Positions 26,398 through 35,155 of a stretch of DNA of 45,909 nucleotides are shown here, one piece after another. The DNA lies in NCBI GenBank assembly GCA_964646355.1, contig CAZYEE010000002.1, positions 1 to 45,909 on the forward strand, in the 5' to 3' direction. Numbering within the stretch: position 1 is the stretch's first letter; each line of letters begins with the position of its first letter. The notes beneath the pieces were generated by a model. It saw only the letters and a program-made list of their open reading frames with translations, was not told the DNA's origin and made no database searches. A program made the translations under genes and the position numbers. Source of the DNA: an uncultured archaeon (GTDB lineage: Archaea; Asgardarchaeota; Lokiarchaeia; Helarchaeales; HEL-GB-B).

Positions 26398-29300
26398 TTA
26401 ATTATAAGATTCGCGTTTTATACAAGTTATCCTTGTAAAACCCTTCTTTTTATGAAGAGAATAAATTCGTTGAGCAAATACTCGAAGATAGGACTTTCTT
26501 GGGGTAGTAACTATATATTGACTACTATTAGAAAGTTGTACCAACAATTTTCCCAGTGATTCGCAATGTTGATCATCTAAATGAGCATCAATTTCATCAA
26601 GAAAATACCAAACACTTTTTTTAAGTAGTCTTTGAATTGCAAAAATAATACTTGCGGCGACTATACTATTTTGTCCACCTGAGAGAGATCGAGTACTTGA
26701 TACCACACCAGAGCCCATATCTACCCTTATATCTACTCCACTTTCAAGTGGAGATTGTGGATTAATTGAAATTAGTTCAATACTACCTTTAGGATGTATT
26801 TTATTAAAGATATATTTTAAATTCTTATTCAATTTATCTAAAGTTTCAATAAATTTTTGCTTCTTTTGTTCATAAAGATCATAATATAAATCAGAAGCGG
26901 ACTCTAATTCCTCTTTGCAGGTCTTTCTTTTTTCAACTAGTTCATTAATCTTTTTCATTTCTTCCTCATATTTTTCGGGAGCTGTGGGGTCAACAGGGCC
27001 CAATTTGCTTAACTCCTCTTCTAATTTTTCAATTTCAAGGTCTATTTCTTTAAAATCAATTTCCTTTATCTCATCAATTTTTACACCGAGTGATGCCATT
27101 TTATCCTCAATATTTTTAGCTCGTTCTAAGAGAGTGGATTTAGATTTATTTAACTCATTAATTTCATATATTAAACCTTTAATTTCTGCATCTATCTCCT
27201 CTTTTTTATCTACAATTTTTGCCCTTCTTTTTTGTATAGACTCTAATTGTTCATTAATCTCTTTGATTTTATTATCGATTTCATCATATCGTTCTCTTTG
27301 AGTATCTATCAGCTTTGTTAATTCCTCTCTTTCTATATCTAGTTCAGACCGCTCTTTTTCTACTTCTTTAATTTGATTTTGATACTCCTGTATCTGGCTT
27401 TCAAAAAAGGCGATTCGTGAATTGTAATTAAGAATTTCGGTATTATATCGTGCAATTTCTTTTTCTGAACTTGAAATTTTTTTATGTAAAGAAAGAATCT
27501 GCCCTTGTTTCTCTTTTATTTGATTTTCGACATTACCTAATTCAGTATTATCAATTTTAAGTTGAATTTCAGCCATTTTATTTTCTAATTCTCGAATTCT
27601 TTCGATAGTTAATCCTAATTCGGCGTCAAGATTTTCAAATTGTGTGACCGCTTCAATATATTCATCTTCTAATTTTCTATAGTCCATTATTACTTTATCT
27701 AGTATAGGATTAATTTCTAGAACTTGATTTTCTAGCTCCAAAATTCTTCCGTCTAACTGAGCTAGCTCTTCAACAATTTCAATTCGTTTCCGATCAGACC
27801 TCTCACGATCAGTGGTTAATTTGGTCACTTTTTTTCTTAATTGTGTATAATGACCTGTTAATTCTTCAAGTTCAAGTTTTACTTCGTAAATTTTTCGTCT
27901 ATAAAATTCATTAATTAATAAAAATCTTGAATCAAATTTATTTAATATCACAATCTCGCCAGTGGGCTCCACCAGAATACCGTCCTTAGTCACGCATCTA
28001 AAATTCGAATATTTTAATGCGGTATCGAGATCGACGACTAATAAAGTATTCTGAAATATTGCTTTGAATAATTTTTCATATTTTGGATCATACATAACAT
28101 AGTCAATAATTTTTCCAAGAACTTTGCTATCAGCTGGCACTTTCAATTCTTTAAACTCTTTAATATCGTTTAATGAAAAAAATGAGATTTGGCCAAAATT
28201 TAAGTCATTAATTTTCTGGGTAATCTCTTCTATATCATGATAATTATTTACCACAATATTTTGAAGTTTCTCGCCCCCCGCAATTTCAATAGCAAGAGCA
28301 TAATCCTTTTTTATATCAGAAATTAATTCTAAGGGAGTACCAATTACTGTTTTTAATATGCTATCGTCTCTTAATTTGAGTATTTTCTGTATTTCATCTG
28401 AATATCTAGGAATCATTTTTTCAAGTCTTATTTCGAGTTCATGTTTTTTCTCCGTTAATTCATTTATTTGTTTTTCATATTCGGTAATATTATAAAATAA
28501 ATCTCGCATTTCATCTTGACTATACGTTAAAAAGGTTTCAATTTTGTTTTTTTCATTACGTAAACGGTTTGATTTTCTTTGCATTCTGGTAAGTTTGCTG
28601 TTTATATTATTTAAAGAATCTTCTAATTCATTTTTTCGATTTAATAAGCTTTCTCGTTTATTTGATAGAATTTCAGTCTTACTCCTCCATTCAGTACGAA
28701 ATTTATCAATTTCATTCTTTTTTTGTTCTAGTTTTTTGATCTGTTCGTCTATTTTTTGGCGTTCTAAAGTAAGATATTTATATTCATCTTCAAGAGCAGG
28801 TAATCTATCTTTTAACTTTAAAACTTCCAGTTGCAGTTTTCTGCTTTTCTCTTTATTTTCTTTATCTAATTCTCTGATTTCAGATAATTTTTTCTCTGCT
28901 TTTTTTCTTTGATCTATGAGTTTCTTGATAGACTCATTTCTAAAAGTATTAATTTTTCTTTTAAATTCATCGATTTTTTCTTTTTTCTTAAAAATTTCAT
29001 CATTTATTCTATTTAAATTCTGAATTTGAATGCTGGATGCACCTGCCATCCGCATTTTTTCCTGTTCCAGCTTAGTACGTTTTAACCTTTCTTTTTCAAT
29101 CTGACCTCTTATTTCAGAAATTTCAACATCAAGTTGAGAAATTTGATTTTCCAGCTCTTTTATCTTGTTATTTCGTTCATTTATTTGATTATCGTGTTCA
29201 GAAATTTTTGAATTAAGTCTATTCAAAACGGATAATAATTTTAAAGCTTTATTATAATTTATTTTTTGCTTTATTTCTCTATATTTTAAGGCTTTATCTC

Positions 29301-29919
29301 TAGATTTTTTATATTTCTCTAATCTATTTTTAGCATCTTCTATAAGTAGTTCAATATGGTACAAAACATTTTTTGCATTATTTATTTTAGCTTCTGCTTC
29401 TGATATTTTTGGGTCATATTGAGATACACCTGCAATTCTTTCAATTAATTTTCTAAGACTCTCAGGAGATTCATTAATCTTAGTAGATATTTCTCCTTGT
29501 TTTACCATATTAAATCCATTTTGATTTATTCCATACTTGGCTAAAACTTCTTGAATCTCTGATAAAGAAGCGTTATTGCCATTTAATTTATAAACACTAT
29601 AAGCCCGCCCACTTTTTGGGACCCTTAATTGTCTTGTAATGGTTATAATTTCATTTTCTTCATCATCACTAAATATTAATGTTACTTCACAAAAATCAGC
29701 CATTCTCTGATTTATTGTAAAGTCTTTACTTATTAATTCAATTGCAGTACCTTCTAATCGATCATCATGTCCTCCTAATGCAAATGATATGGCATCTAGA
29801 ACGTTCGATTTACCTGTACCATTATTTCCCGTTAAAAGAGTTATCTTTTTTGAAAAATCTATTTCAAAAGATCCATTAAAAGTTTTGAAATTTGTTATAA
29901 TAGCCTTAGATAAGTACAT
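26398..29919 (-). CDS. smc: Chromosome segregation ATPase SMC
   Basis: Walker A GNNGTGKSNVLDAISFALG, with long coiled coils flanking a central hinge (about aa 520-680). Signature LSGGQNS and Walker B WYFLDEIDAHLD. 1173 aa. Confidence 0.95.
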   Translation of the reverse strand: MYLSKAIITNFKTFNGSFEIDFSKKITLLTGNNGTGKSNVLDAISFALGGHDDRLEGTAIELISKDFTINQRMADFCEVTLIFSDDEENEIITITRQLRVPKSGRAYSVYKLNGNNASLSEIQEVLAKYGINQNGFNMVKQGEISTKINESPESLRKLIERIAGVSQYDPKISEAEAKINNAKNVLYHIELLIEDAKNRLEKYKKSRDKALKYREIKQKINYNKALKLLSVLNRLNSKISEHDNQINERNNKIKELENQISQLDVEISEIRGQIEKERLKRTKLEQEKMRMAGASSIQIQNLNRINDEIFKKKEKIDEFKRKINTFRNESIKKLIDQRKKAEKKLSEIRELDKENKEKSRKLQLEVLKLKDRLPALEDEYKYLTLERQKIDEQIKKLEQKKNEIDKFRTEWRSKTEILSNKRESLLNRKNELEDSLNNINSKLTRMQRKSNRLRNEKNKIETFLTYSQDEMRDLFYNITEYEKQINELTEKKHELEIRLEKMIPRYSDEIQKILKLRDDSILKTVIGTPLELISDIKKDYALAIEIAGGEKLQNIVVNNYHDIEEITQKINDLNFGQISFFSLNDIKEFKELKVPADSKVLGKIIDYVMYDPKYEKLFKAIFQNTLLVVDLDTALKYSNFRCVTKDGILVEPTGEIVILNKFDSRFLLINEFYRRKIYEVKLELEELTGHYTQLRKKVTKLTTDRERSDRKRIEIVEELAQLDGRILELENQVLEINPILDKVIMDYRKLEDEYIEAVTQFENLDAELGLTIERIRELENKMAEIQLKIDNTELGNVENQIKEKQGQILSLHKKISSSEKEIARYNTEILNYNSRIAFFESQIQEYQNQIKEVEKERSELDIEREELTKLIDTQRERYDEIDNKIKEINEQLESIQKRRAKIVDKKEEIDAEIKGLIYEINELNKSKSTLLERAKNIEDKMASLGVKIDEIKEIDFKEIDLEIEKLEEELSKLGPVDPTAPEKYEEEMKKINELVEKRKTCKEELESASDLYYDLYEQKKQKFIETLDKLNKNLKYIFNKIHPKGSIELISINPQSPLESGVDIRVDMGSGVVSSTRSLSGGQNSIVAASIIFAIQRLLKKSVWYFLDEIDAHLDDQHCESLGKLLVQLSNSSQYIVTTPRKSYLRVFAQRIYSLHKKKGFTRITCIKRESYN

Positions 29920-29934
29920 TTTAACAACATCTAA

Positions 29935-31614
29935 TTATTTATTTAATTCAAATTCAGTAATAACTTCATTATATTGATCATCGGTAAAAGATATAGTATA
30001 TTTTTTCCCAATTTTTGGAAAGAGAATTGAATATGGATTTTTATTTAAAGTCCTTTTTAACGTTTCAATATTTATTCCGGCTACTTTTTGAATTTCACTT
30101 AAGTCTAGGGCTCTCTGTTCTGTTTCAAATAATTTAGCTAATCTTGAAATCAAATTATAATTATCAGATAGCGCAAGTCTCAGCGCATTCTTGATCATCT
30201 TTTTGTTTATTAACATTTGAGAGTTTAATGCTTCGATTTTTAATTCAATTTCTTCTAAATCAGAGGAACTAGAATAAATCTTATCTGTGGTAGATTGAAC
30301 TTTAGAAATTTTTTTCAATCTTGGAGAAAACTTTGATTTTTGAGCAACAATATTATTAAACGAAAATTGGATATCATCTTCAGAAACATATTCTTTATTT
30401 TCATTGATTGATTTAAAATAAGCTCCTTCAACTATCTTTACAAGATCTTTGCAGGAAAGCCCATCCATATTTTCATCCATAGTTAAATTGCTCACTAAAA
30501 TATTGATATCTAGATTTTCATCCAAATTAATATTTTCTAATAATCTATGTAAGATTTCAGAACGTGCAACCTCGTTTGGATAGTCAAATAAACAATATTG
30601 ATCAAATCTTGACAAAAGCGGTTGATCTAGATCGTCCAGATCTATTGTAGTACATATAACCAAAACTTTATCATTACATAAATTAATTTTATCTAAGAAA
30701 TTTAAAAAATTAAGAAGTGCCATGTTTGAGATTTCCGAATTAAATATTAACTGAACATTTTCGATTAATAAAATACAAGGTATTATATTTTCATTATTTT
30801 TTACGAGATTAATTATATAGTCAAGCGATTCAATCTGAAATTTGATATTATTTGCTAATAATAATGGTAAATTTAACTCTAAAATATTTAATGACAACTC
30901 TTTTGCTATTGCATAAACTGTAGATGTTTTTCCATTTCCTGGTGGGCCATAAAGTAATATTTTTGAGTCAAAATTGTATAATTGCTTAGGTAATTTGATA
31001 AGCCGTCCTCTTGATAATATAAGATCTTTATTTGATTGATAATCACCCAGCATTTCCAAAGTAATTTTGATGTCTTCGGGGGATACGATTTTATATATCT
31101 TTTCAATATTTGAACTTTCTTCGGAATCTGGGGCAGATTTGATTAAGTTCTTGATGGTATCTTGGAATTCCTGAGTGATTTTTCTGATTTCTTCTATGAT
31201 AGAATCAGTTCCATAATCTCTAATTGCGCCCATATTAATTTCAATTTGACCATCTGCTACTTGGGAAATTATCGAATCAACCTTTTTAGCCCAATTATCT
31301 ATTTTATTATAATTAGTCTGTAGCTCAGAAATATTCTTTATATTGTTTTCAAGCTGACTTTTAATTTCAACTAAATCTTCTTTTATTACTACCAGATCTG
31401 CACCTAATTCAGATAGCTCTTTACCATTTAAAAGTCTCAAGCTTTCGCTTAATTTTTTACTTAATTCTGATACCTTGCTTGTAATAATATTAAAAGCTTC
31501 TATAACTCCTTCAGCTTTCGGGACGTCTCCTTCAGGAGTTGCAATTCTCTCTATTACGATATTTTTTTTCTCAGACACTTTGACCAAATCCCTATAGTTA
31601 TATATTATCATCAA
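29935..31614 (-). CDS. Classic-clade AAA+ ATPase with N-terminal coiled coil and C-terminal winged-helix-like domain
   Basis: Walker A LLYGPPGNGKTST. The Walker B position reads CILLIENV, so the Asp is replaced. It also has a sensor/second region of homology (VICTTIDLDDLDQPLLSRFD..., P.EVARSEIL). The stop is 15 nt upstream of the smc start on the same strand. Confidence 0.8.
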   Translation of the reverse strand: MMIIYNYRDLVKVSEKKNIVIERIATPEGDVPKAEGVIEAFNIITSKVSELSKKLSESLRLLNGKELSELGADLVVIKEDLVEIKSQLENNIKNISELQTNYNKIDNWAKKVDSIISQVADGQIEINMGAIRDYGTDSIIEEIRKITQEFQDTIKNLIKSAPDSEESSNIEKIYKIVSPEDIKITLEMLGDYQSNKDLILSRGRLIKLPKQLYNFDSKILLYGPPGNGKTSTVYAIAKELSLNILELNLPLLLANNIKFQIESLDYIINLVKNNENIIPCILLIENVQLIFNSEISNMALLNFLNFLDKINLCNDKVLVICTTIDLDDLDQPLLSRFDQYCLFDYPNEVARSEILHRLLENINLDENLDINILVSNLTMDENMDGLSCKDLVKIVEGAYFKSINENKEYVSEDDIQFSFNNIVAQKSKFSPRLKKISKVQSTTDKIYSSSSDLEEIELKIEALNSQMLINKKMIKNALRLALSDNYNLISRLAKLFETEQRALDLSEIQKVAGINIETLKRTLNKNPYSILFPKIGKKYTISFTDDQYNEVITEFELNK

Positions 31615-31758
31615 ATATAAACTTTAGAGATTTAATATACTAAAAATTTTAATTTAAAATAATATTATCAATAAAAATTCACTCTAACTTAATAATTTAA
31701 ATATATTTTTTATTTGTCTGAATGATTTTATTCCATATTTATATCCATTTAAATTAGG

Positions 31759-31766
31759 TTTATATT
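31759..31766 (+). promoter_or_regulatory. Candidate TATA box for the E2 operon (TTTATATT), 24-31 nt upstream of ATG 31790; would imply a leaderless or near-leaderless mRNA
   Basis: Sequence match only. Such A/T octamers are frequent in this AT-rich DNA, so the call is weak. Confidence 0.25.
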
Positions 31767-31789
31767 TAAGGAATTATTTAATATAAACA

Positions 31790-32302
31790 ATGGACGATTT
31801 AGATTTTAATATTACATTAGGAGAAGTAAAAGGTTATTGGAATTGGAAACATAACATACCCTTATTTAGATTTACCGAGGGTAGAGGCGAAAATTGGAAG
31901 AGAAGATTAAAGGAAGAATTGGAAAAATTAGAGATACTAAAGAAATATGGTAAAGAAAAAATATTCTTTGAGGATATAATTTTAGACGAAAGAAATGACA
32001 GAATTTTTCATTGTCTTAGCAATATAAAAGGTAAGAAAATTGATATTGTTATAAGATTACCCGTGCGATATCCAAAAGATCCACCTCTTGCGGACTTTTC
32101 GGTAGGACCATGGGCATTTCCCAGTGAAGCTGGTATTAGATCTGCATGTTTAGGCCAAATTTACAGTAAATGGGATAGGACCGGAAGGATGGGAGTGGCG
32201 CATTTTGTAGGGATGTTAGGTTCATATATAGCTCTTGCCCTACATTCAATTTCAACCCCAAGAGTAAAAAATGAAAATCTAAAAAGACGAAAAAAGCATT
32301 AA
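31790..32302 (+). CDS. UFC1-like (UFM1-conjugating-enzyme-like) E2, paralogue 1
   Basis: 170 aa, against 167 for human UFC1 as I recall it. WKRRLKEELEKL matches UFC1 WVQRLKEEYQSL. IRLPVRYPKDPP matches IPITYPTTAP. The candidate catalytic Cys120 lies in SACLGQIYSKWDRTGRMGVAHFVGMLGSYIALA, compared with [34 protein letters not shown]. There is no HPN motif, as in UFC1. Confidence 0.8.
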   Translation: MDDLDFNITLGEVKGYWNWKHNIPLFRFTEGRGENWKRRLKEELEKLEILKKYGKEKIFFEDIILDERNDRIFHCLSNIKGKKIDIVIRLPVRYPKDPPLADFSVGPWAFPSEAGIRSACLGQIYSKWDRTGRMGVAHFVGMLGSYIALALHSISTPRVKNENLKRRKKH

Positions 32303-32320
32303 ATTTTTATAAAGAGGGTG

Positions 32321-33157
32321 ATGATCATAGATTTTGCGGATATTGCAGATGAGATAAAATCAGAAATGAGACCATGGACTGAAGTTGAGGTAATTATTTC
32401 CGATATTCAAGGAAATATAAAGTATTCAGATATTTTTTCTCAAAAGTTTTTATTAGCACTCTCAAGATTTATTAAGAAAAAAGGTCCAACTTTTGCAATC
32501 GGGGATTATTACTATATCCAAAATGTTTCTGGTGTCATGCTCTTCAAAACTTCGATGAACAGTATGGTAATTCTTAGAACACAACAAAAATTAGGGATTT
32601 TATTGATCTTTCTTAAAATATTAGAACGTATAGGACTTGAAATTGATATTCTATTAGGAGATTATATTCGAATAGAAAAAACACCACCAAAATATTGTGA
32701 TCAAGAGTTCATTCCCAGAGAAATACCATTATTTAATATCATTGCTAAACCAAATTCTCCAAATTGGCTTGACAGGTTACAAGAGGAATATGATAAATTA
32801 AATTATTTATATAGATTAAGAGATACTTATTCAACATTTAGTATATATAAACAAGCAAATAGTAATAGAATTTTCAAATGTTCATTCCAAGGTATTGTAT
32901 TCGATCTCAGATTAAGCCTTCAATATCCATTTGTTATGCCTATTGCTGATGGCTTTTATTTTGGTCGATGGTTTAATCCTGCAGGAGATCATAAAAATGC
33001 ATGCTTAGGCATATTAAAAAATAGATGGAGACCCGATGGAAGAATGGGAATCGCTCATTTTATTCAATTATTAGGATATTATACCTCTATAGCAAATTCG
33101 AAACCAGTTGAATTTAAGGTAAGACAGCCAAGAGCAATAAATATTCATTTTTATTAA
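32321..33157 (+). CDS. Roadblock/LC7-like N-terminal domain fused to a UFC1-like E2 domain, paralogue 2
   Basis: The N-terminal 115 aa or so fit the Roadblock pattern (EVEVIISDIQGNIKYSD...VMLFKTSMNSMVILRTQQKLGILL). The C-terminal half has WLDRLQEEYDKL, LSLQYPFVMP and NACLGILKNRWRPDGRMGIAHFIQLLGYYTSIA. The Cys codon is at 33002-33004. It starts 15 nt after paralogue 1; GTG is at 32318 and ATG at 32321. Confidence 0.75.
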   Translation: MIIDFADIADEIKSEMRPWTEVEVIISDIQGNIKYSDIFSQKFLLALSRFIKKKGPTFAIGDYYYIQNVSGVMLFKTSMNSMVILRTQQKLGILLIFLKILERIGLEIDILLGDYIRIEKTPPKYCDQEFIPREIPLFNIIAKPNSPNWLDRLQEEYDKLNYLYRLRDTYSTFSIYKQANSNRIFKCSFQGIVFDLRLSLQYPFVMPIADGFYFGRWFNPAGDHKNACLGILKNRWRPDGRMGIAHFIQLLGYYTSIANSKPVEFKVRQPRAINIHFY

Positions 33158-33257
33158 TTATTGCTCCTTATTTATTCCTAATGTTTAATTGTGTTATTTT
33201 TTTACGAATTTTAACGGCTGTTTTTCAATAGAACATGTTTTATTCAATATCAAATCT

Positions 33258-34082
33258 CTATCTTTTTTCTTGAATATCACCACATGTATCGCAATTTTTT
33301 CTAGGAGTTAGATTAAAGTACTGGAGCGATACATCTTTTTCAAGTGAAAATCTTATTTGTGAAGGTATTGGCTCATTTAAAACGAGTTTTATTCCTTGAT
33401 CTGCTTGAAGACTGCCCGTTATATTCATAGTTGTTGCCAAACTTGCGCCGCAAGGTATTTTTGGAATTTGTATTTGAGATTCATCAGGTTCTAGGTCTAT
33501 CAAAGTATCATAGCTATAATAGCATTCTAAACAAGGTGTCTTTCCAGGTATTACATTATTAACAATCCCTCTTAATGCATTTTCAGATGTACCACCATCT
33601 ATTAAAGGTTTTCTTGATATTACCGCATATAGATTTACCTCAATCCTTGCAGCTTCATTATCAAAACATGTAAAAATAAGATTAGATTTTCTTATCAACT
33701 CTTCTAATTTGTCCCAAGCAATTATATCAGCCAAATACCATTCAGTTTTAACATGAAACTTTTTATCGATTTCAGGGAGATTTCTTGTCCGTTCTAAGAA
33801 TTTTGCCAAGGTTTCAGATTTACTTTTTCCCAAATCTTCTTCGTGATGGTTCATACGATTCAAATTTTCCTCAGAAACGATATCCTTGTCCACGATTATA
33901 AATTTTCCAAATCCACATCTATTCAAAATATCTGCTACAATTCTACCAAGTCCACCAGCGCCCCCAATAAATACCGTGGTATCTAGAAATTTACGGACAT
34001 CATAGCCAGCAAATATAACTCGTGAAAACATTTTTGGCATATTCAAAGCAAGCTCTTCTCGTTCTTCAACTGGAATCAACAT
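33258..34082 (-). CDS. UBA5-like E1 (ThiF-fold adenylating enzyme with catalytic-Cys loop)
   Basis: [68 protein letters not shown] matches UBA5 [50 protein letters not shown] matches UBA5 [26 protein letters not shown], which contains the catalytic Cys. The second zinc pair is CDTC near the C-terminus. Confidence 0.85.
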   Translation of the reverse strand: [274 protein letters not shown]

Positions 34083-35150
34083 TTAGATATACCACCCAAA
34101 TGTGTCAGTTATTAAAATATCTAATATCAGATCAAATAGATTCTTAAAAAAAATTAAATTAATCTTTTTATGCTCTTCAATTATTTTCCATTCTAATGGT
34201 GTTTTTATTTTGGAAACTTTAGTATAATTTGGTAAAATTTTATCATTTTCAACAAATCTGAGTTTAGTTATTTCGGATTCGTCTATTTTAATAAGGTCTA
34301 ATAAAATATCTCTTAATTTATACAAAGTATCATCTTGATCCAAGAAAATCCGAATTAGAATATCCTCATTTAAACCAACATTTTTTAAATAAACAGGGTA
34401 TCGTGGAGGAATGTCCAATTTTTTGGGTATTTGATCCAACTTTAAATCATAGGGAATAGGTATATTATCTATTTCAAAATCAGATCTCGAAAATAATTTT
34501 AATAATTCATGCCCTATTTGGTCTAAGAATCGATACTTTAAACCTTTTACATTTTCAGATTTTTGTGCTACCAGTTTTAGATCTATTTTAAGCGAAATTT
34601 TTTTCTCAATTAACTGTTCATAAGGTTCGAGTTCTCGAATTTCTACTTCTACTTCATAGATATTATTTTCAGTGGCTGTATAGCCTGCTATTCCATCATA
34701 CGGCTCTACAATATAAATTATAAAGGCATTCTGAGAAGAACCTTTACCATATAATAGATAATCTTTTTTATCTGTTCCGCTATAACCTAAAAATCCTGGA
34801 TGTTTATGCATATTTCCAACAATATCAAGCCCAGCAGGTAATCCAGCCCTTATTCTGGCTATTTTTTTTAATCCGGATTTTATAAACGCACCTGATTGCT
34901 CAGTATAGTCGAATTCAATTAAATCATAAATATAACAAGTCTTACCTCTAAATAAACCTACAATATAAAACCCTACCTCATTTGGTGTTTGACGACCGAT
35001 ATCTAATGCCTTTAACCATAATTTTGTAGGTAATATTATTTTATTTACTATGGGTTTATCTTCATGTTCTATATCTAAATACCCAAATTCACTTTCATAA
35101 TCATCATATTTCTTTTTATAACGTTGACTTTTTCTGAAAAACAAGATCAA
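34083..35150 (-). CDS. JAMM/MPN+ metalloprotease domain fused to a C-terminal beta-grasp (ubiquitin-like) candidate segment and a hydrophobic tail
   Basis: Glu in PNEVGFYIVG. The metal/catalytic motif HKHPGFLGYSGTD (H115, H117, S124, D127) is at nt 34770-34808. Residues about 251-324 (PVYLKNV..ILIRIFLDQDDTLYKLRDILLDLIKID..KLRFVENDKIL..LEWKII) have a beta-beta-alpha-beta-beta-beta pattern. The last 27 or so aa are hydrophobic (LIFFKNLFDLILDILITDTFGWYI). TTG start. The gene is flush with both neighbours: a 5-nt gap upstream and 0 nt downstream. Confidence 0.7.
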   Translation of the reverse strand: MILFFRKSQRYKKKYDDYESEFGYLDIEHEDKPIVNKIILPTKLWLKALDIGRQTPNEVGFYIVGLFRGKTCYIYDLIEFDYTEQSGAFIKSGLKKIARIRAGLPAGLDIVGNMHKHPGFLGYSGTDKKDYLLYGKGSSQNAFIIYIVEPYDGIAGYTATENNIYEVEVEIRELEPYEQLIEKKISLKIDLKLVAQKSENVKGLKYRFLDQIGHELLKLFSRSDFEIDNIPIPYDLKLDQIPKKLDIPPRYPVYLKNVGLNEDILIRIFLDQDDTLYKLRDILLDLIKIDESEITKLRFVENDKILPNYTKVSKIKTPLEWKIIEEHKKINLIFFKNLFDLILDILITDTFGWYI

Positions 35151-35155
35151 AACCC

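Noticed and set aside
34086-34100. C-terminal ...TFG|WYI of the JAMM protein as a Ubl precursor cleavage site
   Set aside because: The Gly sits at the end of a hydrophobic helix about 30 residues beyond the beta-grasp-like segment, not at the end of a beta-5 strand. I have no sequence support for it beyond the single Gly.
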